From positions 32,001-96,000 of the IMG/VR virus record IMGVR_UViG_3300032237_000809: a stretch of 64,000 nt of DNA. One strand, given 5' to 3'. Shown one piece after another: positions 39,770 through 49,141 of the stretch (position 1 is its first letter; every line of letters begins with the position of its first letter). The translations under genes were made by a program, and so were the position numbers. Source of the stretch: a virus. Its lineage: Duplodnaviria; Caudoviricetes. The notes beneath the pieces are model-generated. The model searched no databases. It was given only the letters and a program-made list of their open reading frames with translations, and was not told the DNA's origin.

Positions 39770-39821
39770 GGGGAGCAACTGGCAAAATCCAGTTGACACT
39801 CCCCCATTTTTTTGCTATAAT
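39770..39821 (+). terminator. Long hairpin terminator overlapping a consensus sigma70 promoter
   Basis: GGGGAG-CAACTGG / CCAGTTG-ACA-CTCCCC then T-run; TTGACA(39793)-17-TATAAT(39816). Confidence 0.75.
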
Positions 39822-39843
39822 ACCTTGAGAGGAGAAATTTAAA

Positions 39844-40179
39844 ATGTCCGTAAAAATTGCTCTATTAAAATCTGGAGAATCAGTAATTGCTGATATAAAG
39901 GAATTAATTTCTGAAGATAAAATATGTGGATATCTATTTACTGATCCGCATAAAATGCAGATCAGTAACTCTATCTTCTTGACAGAAGAATCACTCAAAC
40001 CAGAAGATGGAACAGTTAGTGTTACATTTTCTTCTTGGATTCTTTTTACAAGTGATAATGAGATTCCAGTTCGACCAGATTGGGTTGTAACTATTGTTGA
40101 ACCAGTTAAATCTATTAAAGAAATGTATGAGGAAAAAGTAAATGGAACGAAATGTGAAGTGTCTTCTATTGAAGGTTGA
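39844..40179 (+). CDS. Conserved hypothetical protein (Sm-like)
   Basis: LLKSGE.VIAD..E, W...DWVVTIVEP. Confidence 0.7.
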   Translation: MSVKIALLKSGESVIADIKELISEDKICGYLFTDPHKMQISNSIFLTEESLKPEDGTVSVTFSSWILFTSDNEIPVRPDWVVTIVEPVKSIKEMYEEKVNGTKCEVSSIEG

Positions 40180-40396
40180 TACTGTATTAATTACAGAAAT
40201 TGTTGAGGTTGGTTCTGAACTTGGAGAACCTGATTGTAAATTGATTAATCCTTATCAATTTTTTAATATGGATGATCTTAGACCTTGGCCAGAAATTACC
40301 AATCAAACCGAATTGATGATTCATTCAGATAGTATTCTGACTATTGCAGAACCAAAACCAGAAATTACTAAAAAATATCTTGAATTAACTTCATAA
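40142..40396 (+). CDS. Conserved hypothetical protein
   Basis: ELGEPDCKLINP, SD.ILTI.EP. Confidence 0.7.
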   Translation: MERNVKCLLLKVDTVLITEIVEVGSELGEPDCKLINPYQFFNMDDLRPWPEITNQTELMIHSDSILTIAEPKPEITKKYLELTS

Positions 40397-42903
40397 TGTC
40401 ATATCGTTTTTACACAAACATCCAAATGGTCGGAGATCACTTTTTGGTACGTGGTTATGAAAATGGAAAACATTTCATGACTCGTGAAAATTTTTATCCG
40501 ACTCTTTTTATTCCTTCAAAAAAAGATACTAAATATCAAACATTAAATGGTGAATATGTTGAAGAAGTGCAACCCGGTTCGGTAAGAGATTGTAGGGAAT
40601 TTGTTAAAAAATATGATGATATAGAGGGATTTAAAATATATGGAAATACTGGATATATCTATCAATATATCAGTGAAAAATATCCAGAAGAAGAAGTTAA
40701 ATTTGATATTACTAAAATTAAAGTAGCAACAATTGATATTGAGGTTGCATCAGAAAATGGATTTCCTGACGTTGAAAGTGCTGCCGAAAAAGTATTGTTG
40801 ATTACTATTCAAGATTATAGTACAAAACAAATTCGTACCTGGGGTCTTGGTAAGTTTAATAATCAGCAGAGTAATATAAAGTATCTTTCTTTTTCAAATG
40901 AGCATGATTTATTGAATGACTTTATTAACTGGTGGATGATTGAAGAGAACACTCCAGAAGTCATTACTGGTTGGAATAGTGAATTGTATGATATTCCATA
41001 CTTGGTTCGTCGTATAGATCGTATTCTTGGTGAAAAACTTATGAAGCGTATGTCTCCATGGGGATTAGTAACTGAAACTGAGAAATATATTTCTGGTCGC
41101 AAGCATATTGCTTATGATATTGGGGGAGTAAGTCAACTCGATTATTTAAATCTTTATAAAAAATTCACTTATAAAGTTCGGGAATCTTATCGTTTGGATT
41201 ATATTTCAGAAGTTGAACTTGATCAAAAGAAGTTGGATCACAGTGAGTTTGATACATTCAAAGATTTCTATACAAAAGGTTGGCAAAAATTTGTAGAATA
41301 TAACATCAAAGACGTTGAACTTGTTGACCGCTTGGAAGACAAAATGAAACTGATTGAACTTGCCTTGACCATGGCATATGATGCTAAGGTAAACTATTCC
41401 GATGTTTTTTCTCAGGTTAGGATGTGGGATACGATTATTTACAATTATCTTAAAAAGAGAAATATTGTTATTCCACCAAAAGAGACTAGTGATAAAGATT
41501 CCAAGTATGCTGGTGCATATGTAAAAGAACCAATTTCTGGTGTTTATGATTGGGTAGTCAATTTTGACTTAAACTCTCTATATCCTCACCTGATTATGCA
41601 ATACAATATAAGTCCCGAAACTTTAGTAGAAGAACGGCATCCTTATGTAACTGTAGATAAAATTCTAAATCAAGAGATTGATTTTGAACCTTATAAGAAT
41701 TATGCAGTTTGTGCGAATGGTGCAATGTACCGGAAAGATGTTCGTGGATTTCTCCCAGAATTGATGGAGAAAATCTATAAAGACCGAACCATCTATAAGA
41801 AGAAAATGATTGCTGCGAAGCAGGAATATGAGAAGAAGAAAACTAAAGAACTTGAAAAGGAAATTTCAAGATGTAATAACATCCAAATGGCAAGAAAAAT
41901 TCAACTTAATAGTGCTTATGGTGCCATTGGTAATCAGTACTTTCGTTATTTTAAATTAGCGAATGCTGAGGCAATTACTCTTTCAGGACAAGTTTCAATT
42001 CGTTGGATTGAAGAAAAACTCAATAAGTATCTAAATAAACTTCTTAAAACTAAAGATGTAGACTATGTTATTGCTTCTGATACTGACTCCATTTATCTTA
42101 ATATGGGTCCTTTGGTGGAAACTATATACAAGGGAAGAGAGAAAACTACTGAAGGCATTGTTTCGTTCCTTGATAAGGTCGCTAAGGTGGAACTTGAAAA
42201 ATATATTGAAAGTTGTTACCAAGAACTGGCCGACTATGTAAAGGCATATGATCAAAAGATGCAGATGAAGCGTGAGAATATTGCTGATCGTGGAATCTGG
42301 ACGGCCAAGAAACGTTATATTTTAAATGTCTGGGATAGCGAAGGTGTTCGTTATGAAGAACCTGAACTTAAAATGATGGGGATTGAGGCAGTTAAATCTT
42401 CTACTCCCGCTCCTTGTCGCCAAATGATTAAAAATGGATTAAAATTGATGATGAGTGGGACTGAAGAACAGGTGATTGCATTTATTAATAAATGTCGATC
42501 TGAGTTTAGAAAACTTCCTCCAGAACAGATTGCCTTTCCAAGAACTGCATCTGATGTCCGTAAATATCATTCCCACTCTGACATTTATATAAAAGGAACT
42601 CCAATTCATATTCGTGGAGCACTTCTTTTTAATCATTACATTAAAGAAAAAAATCTTACTAATAAATATTCTCTTATTGGTAATGGTGAAAAGATTAAAT
42701 TTATCTATCTAAAAAAACCAAATATTATTCAGGAAAATATCGTTTCATTTATTCAAGATTTTCCTAAGGAACTTGGTCTTGACAAATACATAGATTATGA
42801 ACTACAATTTGAAAAAAGTTTTCTTGAACCACTTAAATCTATTCTTGATGCAATTGGATGGAAAATAGAAAAAACTGTTAATTTGGAATCATTTTTTACT
42901 TAA
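40396..42903 (+). CDS. gp43: Family B DNA polymerase (uninterrupted)
   Basis: DIE exonuclease motif, FDLNSLYP, KIQLNSAYG, ASDTDS, KKRY. Confidence 0.98.
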   Translation: MSYRFYTNIQMVGDHFLVRGYENGKHFMTRENFYPTLFIPSKKDTKYQTLNGEYVEEVQPGSVRDCREFVKKYDDIEGFKIYGNTGYIYQYISEKYPEEEVKFDITKIKVATIDIEVASENGFPDVESAAEKVLLITIQDYSTKQIRTWGLGKFNNQQSNIKYLSFSNEHDLLNDFINWWMIEENTPEVITGWNSELYDIPYLVRRIDRILGEKLMKRMSPWGLVTETEKYISGRKHIAYDIGGVSQLDYLNLYKKFTYKVRESYRLDYISEVELDQKKLDHSEFDTFKDFYTKGWQKFVEYNIKDVELVDRLEDKMKLIELALTMAYDAKVNYSDVFSQVRMWDTIIYNYLKKRNIVIPPKETSDKDSKYAGAYVKEPISGVYDWVVNFDLNSLYPHLIMQYNISPETLVEERHPYVTVDKILNQEIDFEPYKNYAVCANGAMYRKDVRGFLPELMEKIYKDRTIYKKKMIAAKQEYEKKKTKELEKEISRCNNIQMARKIQLNSAYGAIGNQYFRYFKLANAEAITLSGQVSIRWIEEKLNKYLNKLLKTKDVDYVIASDTDSIYLNMGPLVETIYKGREKTTEGIVSFLDKVAKVELEKYIESCYQELADYVKAYDQKMQMKRENIADRGIWTAKKRYILNVWDSEGVRYEEPELKMMGIEAVKSSTPAPCRQMIKNGLKLMMSGTEEQVIAFINKCRSEFRKLPPEQIAFPRTASDVRKYHSHSDIYIKGTPIHIRGALLFNHYIKEKNLTNKYSLIGNGEKIKFIYLKKPNIIQENIVSFIQDFPKELGLDKYIDYELQFEKSFLEPLKSILDAIGWKIEKTVNLESFFT

Positions 42904-42910
42904 AATTTAA

Positions 42911-43060
42911 ATGAACTTGCCTATCAATGAAAAAAAATTGAACATTATTATTAATGCTATGCTTCTCGGCGGTGATACTGCTTTATATCAAAAACTTTGT
43001 ACTTTTAGAATTAATTACATAAACAAAAAAAAGAGGATAATAAATGATGGATTTTCTTAA
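42911..43060 (+). CDS. Small hypothetical protein (49 aa, not in ORF track)
   Basis: MNLPINEKKLNIIINAMLLGGDTALYQKL...; fills the gp43-uvsX gap. Confidence 0.45.
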   Translation: MNLPINEKKLNIIINAMLLGGDTALYQKLCTFRINYINKKKRIINDGFS

Positions 43061-44051
43061 AGATATTGTAAAAGAGATTGGTGGTGAATACACCCAACTT
43101 GCTTCAGAAATTAATGAAACCGAAACTTTTGTGGATACAGGTTCGTACATTTTTAACGCTCTTGTATCTGGGTCTATCTTTGGTGGGGTATCTGGGAATA
43201 AAATTACTGCAATCGCGGGTGAAACTTCTACTGGTAAAACTTTCTTTAGTTTGGCTGTGGTTAAGAATTTTCTTGATAATAATCCTACTGGATATTGTCT
43301 ATATTTTGATACTGAAGCAGCAATCACAAGATCCCTTTTGGAAAGTAGGGGAATTGACACAACTCGTGTGGTGGTTGTCAATGTAGTAACTGTTGAAGAG
43401 TTTCGTGGAAAGGCACTCAAAGCAGTTGACATGTATATGAAGAAACCTGAAGAAGAACGCAATCCTTGCATGTTTGTGTTAGACTCATTAGGAATGCTTT
43501 CAACTAGTAAAGAGATTAATGATGCTCTGAATGATAAAGAAGTTAGAGATATGACCAAATCCCAACTGATTAAGGGTGCATTTCGTATGCTTACTTTGAA
43601 ACTTGGTCAAGCAAATATTCCAATGATTGTAACAAATCACTTATATTCTGTTGTGGGATCTTATGTTCCAACACAAGAACAATCTGGCGGAAGTGGATTG
43701 AAGTATGCAGCATCTTCTATCATCTATCTTTCTAAAAAGAAAGATAAAGATGGAACCGAAGTTATTGGAAATATTATTAAATCAAAATTAGTCAAATCTC
43801 GTTTAAGTAAAGAAAATCAAGAAGTAGAAATACGACTTTATTATGATGAAAGAGGTCTTGATAAGTATTATGGTCTGTTGGAACTTGGAGAACTTGGAGG
43901 ATTGTGGAAAAATACTGCTGGTAGATATGAAATGGATGGGAAAAAAATATATGGGAAGGAGATATTAAAAAATCCAGAACAATATTTTACATCTCAAGTA
44001 TTACAAGCACTTGATGAAATTGCCAGACAAAAATTTTCTTATGGAAAATAA
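43044..44051 (+). CDS. uvsX: RecA-like recombinase
   Basis: AGETSTGKT, YFDTE, VLDSLG, GGSGLKYAAS. Confidence 0.96.
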   Translation: MMDFLKDIVKEIGGEYTQLASEINETETFVDTGSYIFNALVSGSIFGGVSGNKITAIAGETSTGKTFFSLAVVKNFLDNNPTGYCLYFDTEAAITRSLLESRGIDTTRVVVVNVVTVEEFRGKALKAVDMYMKKPEEERNPCMFVLDSLGMLSTSKEINDALNDKEVRDMTKSQLIKGAFRMLTLKLGQANIPMIVTNHLYSVVGSYVPTQEQSGGSGLKYAASSIIYLSKKKDKDGTEVIGNIIKSKLVKSRLSKENQEVEIRLYYDERGLDKYYGLLELGELGGLWKNTAGRYEMDGKKIYGKEILKNPEQYFTSQVLQALDEIARQKFSYGK

Positions 44052-44062
44052 TATAAATAAGT

Positions 44063-44632
44063 ATGGTTAATAACCATACACAAATGTTTATAGATACGCA
44101 TCACATAATACCAAGATCTGAAGGTGGAACTGACGATCCAAAAAATCTTGTTAAACTTCCAAGAAAATTACATCAAGAAGTTCATCATCGTAGGTGGTTA
44201 GTTAGTAAATCTATTAATGATTTGTATGCTTTTCAAATATTAGGAGGACATTTATCTGATGATGAACTGGATAAAATTTATGAAGATCAAGTTTATAGGT
44301 GTAAAAGAGATCAAACTAAATTGATTGAGTCTAGATTAAATTCTGAAAAATGGAAGCAATCACATCAAAATAATGAATATAAACAGAAAAAAAGAGAACA
44401 GAGTATTTTATTAAATAAACTTGGAAAAATTAATTCTAAAAAATCAGCAATGCTTATAAGTGAAAAGAAAAAATCTGTAAAAAATTATAATTCAAAAGCA
44501 ATTTCAGTTTATGGTAAAATATGGGAAGATGCTTCCAAATGTGTAAGAGATGGTGGTTCTAATGGATTAAGTTTAAGACAATTGAGATATAGAGCAAATA
44601 AAATTAATTATCCCGATGTATTTTATGTGTAA
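44063..44632 (+). CDS. HNH homing endonuclease
   Basis: THHIIPRSEGGTDDPKNLVKL....H...H; late promoter at 44052. Confidence 0.85.
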   Translation: MVNNHTQMFIDTHHIIPRSEGGTDDPKNLVKLPRKLHQEVHHRRWLVSKSINDLYAFQILGGHLSDDELDKIYEDQVYRCKRDQTKLIESRLNSEKWKQSHQNNEYKQKKREQSILLNKLGKINSKKSAMLISEKKKSVKNYNSKAISVYGKIWEDASKCVRDGGSNGLSLRQLRYRANKINYPDVFYV

Positions 44633-44653
44633 AAAACAATTTAATTATGGAGC

Positions 44654-45199
44654 ATGAAAAATATCAGAATTATAGAAACCAATATTGATGTTTCTGATAT
44701 ATTAGAACAACTTAAGAAATATCCTGAAGATTGGGGATCTCAAAAAAACATTGAAAATACTAAACAACAGGATCCAACAAAATATACTACAACTGTAGAT
44801 GTTTTACAACTAATCATGGGTGGAGTAAAAAATGAAGGTGAATATGTTGGCAACACTGAAATTTGCATCAAAACTTTAGCATATGAACATCATACTGAAA
44901 TTCTTAAATTCTTATCTAATAGATTTAAAAAAATAAGAAGATGTGCATTTTTATCTCTTCCAATTGGAGATAAAGTAGGTCTTCATATTGATGAAGGAAC
45001 CTATTATCTAACAAAAGATAGATATCATCTTTCTATTCAAGGAAAATATGAATATGCCGTAGGAGATGAAGTAGTTATTATTGAACCAGGAACATTTTTT
45101 TGGTTTAATAACAAATTACCACACTCTGCGGTTAATATTGGCAATGATGTTAGAATTACTTTTGTATTTGATGTACCCCATCATAAAAAAAATCCTTAA
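44654..45199 (+). CDS. 2OG-Fe(II) oxygenase, aspartyl/asparaginyl beta-hydroxylase-like
   Basis: HIDEG..Y...RYHL, WFNNK.PHSA.N....RI..VFD. Confidence 0.8.
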   Translation: MKNIRIIETNIDVSDILEQLKKYPEDWGSQKNIENTKQQDPTKYTTTVDVLQLIMGGVKNEGEYVGNTEICIKTLAYEHHTEILKFLSNRFKKIRRCAFLSLPIGDKVGLHIDEGTYYLTKDRYHLSIQGKYEYAVGDEVVIIEPGTFFWFNNKLPHSAVNIGNDVRITFVFDVPHHKKNP

Positions 45200-45207
45200 T
45201 TGAAATA

Positions 45208-46539
45208 ATGGAAAGACTTGAACTTACAATTTTACGAAACTTGGTATATAATGAAGATTACTCTAGAAAAGTTATACCTTTTATACAACCAGACTATTTT
45301 GAAGAAAGGACTGAAAAAATTATATTTGAAGAAATTGTTAAGTTTATTGTAAAATATGGGTCAGCAATTACAATAGAGGCACTTGGAATCGAGATTCAAA
45401 ATAGAACTGATTTAACAGAATCTGAAATCAAACAAATTCATGAACTTATTTCTAGTTTTCATAATGGTGTAGTAGAAAAACAATGGATTCTTGATACTAC
45501 TGAAAAATGGTGTAGAGACCGAGCGATTTATCTTGCATTGATGGAATCTATTCATATTGCCGATGGTAATAATGAAAAGAAAAATCGTGATGCAATTCCT
45601 AGTATTTTATCTGATGCTCTTGCAGTATCTTTTGATAATAATATAGGACATGATTATCTTGAAAATTATGAAGATAGGTATGAATTTTATCATCGTAAAG
45701 AAGATAAAATTGAGTTTGATTTAGACTATTTTAATAAAATTACAAAAGGAGGTTTACCTAATAAAACTCTCAACATTGCTCTTGCTGGAACTGGTGTTGG
45801 AAAATCTCTTTTCATGTGTCATGTTGCTAGTTCTGCTTTATTACAGGGTAGAAATGTTCTTTACATAACTCTTGAAATGGCAGAAGAAAGAATTGCTGAA
45901 AGAATTGATGCAAATCTCTTCAATCTACCAATTCAACAACTGATTGATTTGCCAAAACATACGTTTGAAACTAAAGTAAATAGTATCTCTAAAAAGACTA
46001 GAGGTTCTTTAGTGATCAAAGAATATCCAACTGCTTCTGCACATTCTGGACATTTTAAAGCACTTCTTAATGAACTTGCTCTTAAAAAATCATTTAGACC
46101 TGATATTATTTTTATTGACTATCTTAATATTTGTGCTTCTTCTAGGCATAAAGCAAATACCTCAGTCAATTCTTATACTTATATCAAGGCAATTGCTGAG
46201 GAACTTCGTGGTCTTGCAGTTGAGTTTAATGTTCCCATTGTCTCTGCTACTCAGACCACTCGTTCAGGGTATTGCTTGGACTTGAAAACACAAGTTCAAA
46301 CACCGCAAGGACTGAAAGAACTTTCAAATATTCAAGTTGGAGATTTGGTGCTTTCAAATACTGGTTATAATGAAGTCCTAAATGTTTTTCCAAAATCCAA
46401 AAAGAAATCTTATAAGATTACTTTGGAAGATGGTAAAGAAATTATTTGTAGTGAAGAACACTTGTTCCCAACTCAAAATGGTGAAGTGAATATCAAAGGG
46501 GGTTTGAAAGAAGGTATGTCTCTTTATGTAAAAGAATAG
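45208..46539 (+). CDS. gp41: Replicative helicase, N-terminal part, with split-intein IntN
   Basis: AGTGVGKS, TLEMAEE, IDYLNI, SATQTTRSGY followed by CLDLKTQV. Confidence 0.96.
   Translation: MERLELTILRNLVYNEDYSRKVIPFIQPDYFEERTEKIIFEEIVKFIVKYGSAITIEALGIEIQNRTDLTESEIKQIHELISSFHNGVVEKQWILDTTEKWCRDRAIYLALMESIHIADGNNEKKNRDAIPSILSDALAVSFDNNIGHDYLENYEDRYEFYHRKEDKIEFDLDYFNKITKGGLPNKTLNIALAGTGVGKSLFMCHVASSALLQGRNVLYITLEMAEERIAERIDANLFNLPIQQLIDLPKHTFETKVNSISKKTRGSLVIKEYPTASAHSGHFKALLNELALKKSFRPDIIFIDYLNICASSRHKANTSVNSYTYIKAIAEELRGLAVEFNVPIVSATQTTRSGYCLDLKTQVQTPQGLKELSNIQVGDLVLSNTGYNEVLNVFPKSKKKSYKITLEDGKEIICSEEHLFPTQNGEVNIKGGLKEGMSLYVKE
46273..46536 (+). mobile_element. Split intein N-fragment (88 aa), gp41-1-like
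   Basis: CLDLKTQVQTPQG...IICSEEHLFPT...LYVKE then stop. Confidence 0.93.
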
Positions 46540-46588
46540 TATGTGTAAGTTTTACTTCTTATAAATAATAGTAGTATAACTTACTGAT

Positions 46589-47254
46589 ATGAAAGTAAAG
46601 ATTTATCTAATTACCAACACAGCAGTCAATCCGCATATGTATTATGTTGGATTGACTAAAAATGAATTGGATAGAAGATTACAAGAACATATCACTCTTG
46701 GAAGGCATGAAGGAAATAAACTTCTGTCTGATGCTATTATTGAATATGGTAAAAGAAACTTTACTATTGAAGTGATAGAAGAAGTTGATGAAAGTGAAGC
46801 AAGAATAAAAGAAGATTATTATATTCGCAAATATAAATCTCATTATAGAGATGGATGTGGATATAATATGAAATATGAAACTTCTAATTATGAGAAACAC
46901 TATCACGGAGCAAATCAAGAACTAATAGAAGAGAATATTAGAAATGGTAGGGCGTGGAACTATGGAATAAGTTTTTCTACACAATCAAAAGAAAAAATGA
47001 GAAAAACTAAAAAGCATAGATATTCTCTTGGTGTTTATAAAAAGTTCAATACAAATCATTCACAAGAAACTAAAAATAAAATCGCAGAAAGTAAAAAAGG
47101 ACAAAAACTTACAGAGGAACATAGAAAAAATATTTCTAAATCTTCTGTTGGTAGAACTTGGATTTATAATCCAGAGTTGAATGAAAGAAAGTTTGTAAAA
47201 CAAGATGAGTTGGAAATGTTCTTGGAAAGTGGTTGGAGGAAAGGTAGATTATAA
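46589..47254 (+). CDS. GIY-YIG homing endonuclease with NUMOD3 repeats, between the gp41 halves
   Basis: KIYLITN....YYVGLT...L.RR..EH, AI.EYG..NF.IEVIE, GYN; late promoter at 46560 within a hairpin. Confidence 0.88.
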   Translation: MKVKIYLITNTAVNPHMYYVGLTKNELDRRLQEHITLGRHEGNKLLSDAIIEYGKRNFTIEVIEEVDESEARIKEDYYIRKYKSHYRDGCGYNMKYETSNYEKHYHGANQELIEENIRNGRAWNYGISFSTQSKEKMRKTKKHRYSLGVYKKFNTNHSQETKNKIAESKKGQKLTEEHRKNISKSSVGRTWIYNPELNERKFVKQDELEMFLESGWRKGRL

Positions 47255-47276
47255 ATAAACTTATAGTGTAAAAAAA

Positions 47277-47873
47277 ATGGACTCACAAGAATTACGCAAT
47301 CTTCAAGAAGCATATTTGAAAGTTTGTGAACTTGATGAAGCAAATAGAGTTGAAAGACATTTAGGAATACATTCAAATACTCCAGAAAATGAATTGTCTA
47401 GAATGAAACGCAGAGCGTCTGTTAGTGGCGTTGGAAGTGGAAAAAGTGATATAAATCCCGGAACCTTACGCATGAATAGAGGTGTCGCTAGAATGGTAAC
47501 AAAAAGAAATAGAGGAAAATCACCTTCCGATCCAACATATACAAAAAGAAGAGGAATAGATCCACATGCCGATGTAAAATCTTGGAGAGATTCACCTTTA
47601 GGATTACCAAAAGGGTATAAAGATCCACTTAATCCAAGAACTTCTAAAAATATTGGAAATAAAGTACAGGTTAAAACTAAACCCGCAAGTAAGTTATGGA
47701 GTAATCCACATCAAGCATCCAGTAAAATAGTTAAATTTAGAAGAGAAGATTTTGACATCTACGATATCATCCTCTCACATCTTTTAGATGAAGGTTATGC
47801 CGAAACACCAGAAGCAGCAGAAGCAATTATGGTGAATATGAGTGAAGAATGGAGAGATAGTATTATTGGTTGA
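47277..47873 (+). CDS. EGY-tag family late protein 3 (inside the fractured gp41 locus)
   Basis: N-tag ELRNLQEAYLKV.ELDEA, basic body, C-tag IYDIILSHLLDEGYAETPEAAEAIMVNMSEEWRDSII; late promoter at 47250. Confidence 0.82.
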   Translation: MDSQELRNLQEAYLKVCELDEANRVERHLGIHSNTPENELSRMKRRASVSGVGSGKSDINPGTLRMNRGVARMVTKRNRGKSPSDPTYTKRRGIDPHADVKSWRDSPLGLPKGYKDPLNPRTSKNIGNKVQVKTKPASKLWSNPHQASSKIVKFRREDFDIYDIILSHLLDEGYAETPEAAEAIMVNMSEEWRDSIIG

Positions 47874-47894
47874 TAAAATCATAAAATCTTTCTC

Positions 47895-47934
47895 AACCAC
47901 TCACCTTGCTTTTGGTGTGTGGTTTTGTTATAAT
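47895..47934 (+). promoter_or_regulatory. Hairpin plus sigma70 promoter for the gp41 C-terminal half
   Basis: AACCAC-T-CACC / GGTG-T-GTGGTT hairpin; TTGCTT(47906)-17-TATAAT(47929) with extended TG. Confidence 0.7.
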
Positions 47935-47953
47935 GTGAATAGGTAAGAACTCT

Positions 47954-48379
47954 ATGATGCTGAAAAAAATTCTAAAAATTGAAGAACTTGATGAAAGAGA
48001 ACTTATAGATATTGAAGTGTCTGGAAATCATTTGTTTTATGCGAATGCTATTCTCACACATAATAGTAGCTCTGATGTTGAACTTACTGATACTTCAGAA
48101 TCCTTCGGTCTTCCTGCTACTGCTGATCTTATGTTTGCTCTTATAAGTACAGAAGAGTTGGAAGAATTGGGACAAATTATGGTAAAACAACTTAAAAATA
48201 GATATAATGATCCGACAATTTATAAACGTTTTGTTGTTGGCATTGATCGTGCAAAAATGAGACTTTATGATGTAGAACAGTCCGCTCAAAAAGACATACT
48301 TGACAGTGGACAAAAAGAGGAGTATAATTGCGAAGAAAAGACACCAAAAAAATTATTTGAGGGATTTAAATTTTCATGA
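47954..48379 (+). CDS. gp41: Split-intein IntC (37 aa, 47954-48064) fused to helicase C-terminal part
   Basis: MMLKKILKIEELDERELIDIEVSGNHLFYANAILTHN then SSSDV.LTDTSESFGLPATAD, KQLKNRY. Confidence 0.95.
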   Translation: MMLKKILKIEELDERELIDIEVSGNHLFYANAILTHNSSSDVELTDTSESFGLPATADLMFALISTEELEELGQIMVKQLKNRYNDPTIYKRFVVGIDRAKMRLYDVEQSAQKDILDSGQKEEYNCEEKTPKKLFEGFKFS

Positions 48380-48786
48380 CACAAAAAATTGATTTTGATA
48401 GGTATAAGAATTTTGTGGATGCAGTAACTTCTGATGCATCTAAAGATTTTCTTGCTCTGTCTGACCGTATGGTTCAGTTGGATGAGAAAGGTGCAAATAT
48501 TGAACGTCTTCTAACTGCTGCTGTTGGTATTAATGCTGAAGGTGGTGAGTTTATGGAAATTGTGAAAAAGATGCTATTTCAAGGTAAATCTTGGAATGAT
48601 GAAACTCGCACTCACCTGATTAAGGAACTTGGAGATACTATTTGGTATGTTGCTCAAGCATGTATTGCTCTTGAAATTTCTTTTGATGAAGTTCTTCAAA
48701 CTAATATTGATAAATTGATGAAGCGTTATCCAGATGGATTCTTTGATGTGTATTATAGTGAAAATCGTGAAACAGGTGACATTTGA
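48376..48786 (+). CDS. mazG: MazG-like NTP pyrophosphohydrolase
   Basis: G..AEGGEF.EIVKK, KELGD..WY, NI.KL.KRYP. Confidence 0.92.
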   Translation: MTQKIDFDRYKNFVDAVTSDASKDFLALSDRMVQLDEKGANIERLLTAAVGINAEGGEFMEIVKKMLFQGKSWNDETRTHLIKELGDTIWYVAQACIALEISFDEVLQTNIDKLMKRYPDGFFDVYYSENRETGDI

Positions 48787-48947
48787 TGAATTATAATTCT
48801 AATTGGTCTTATGAACATAGGCATTCGTCCGAACTGTGGGATATTGCCGCTCAAATTTTAAGTGAACTCTCTCATAGAGATCAAGTTAATTTTAGGATAA
48901 TCGCAACACCAGAATCTGTAAATACAAAAATTAAAAATTATGAATAA
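48786..48947 (+). CDS. Small hypothetical protein (53 aa, not in ORF track)
   Basis: MNYNSNWSYEHRHSSELWDIAAQILSELSHRD...; TGATG coupling to mazG. Confidence 0.5.
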   Translation: MNYNSNWSYEHRHSSELWDIAAQILSELSHRDQVNFRIIATPESVNTKIKNYE

Positions 48948-49125
48948 AGAAAATCTAGTAAATATCAAAATGGATGTTCGTTCTGCTGCTGCAGTTCGTC
49001 AAATTCTTTTTGAATCGCAAAGGGGATATACATATGATAGCATGTGTGTTCCTGTACGTATATCTAATATACGTACAGTAATATTAGATATTGATGAAAA
49101 AATCAGTGCTATTGTAGATAGATAA
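48940..49125 (+). CDS. Small hypothetical protein
   Basis: 61-aa ORF coupled to the upstream ORF. Confidence 0.55.
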   Translation: MNKENLVNIKMDVRSAAAVRQILFESQRGYTYDSMCVPVRISNIRTVILDIDEKISAIVDR

Positions 49126-49141
49126 TAAATATTTTAAAAAT

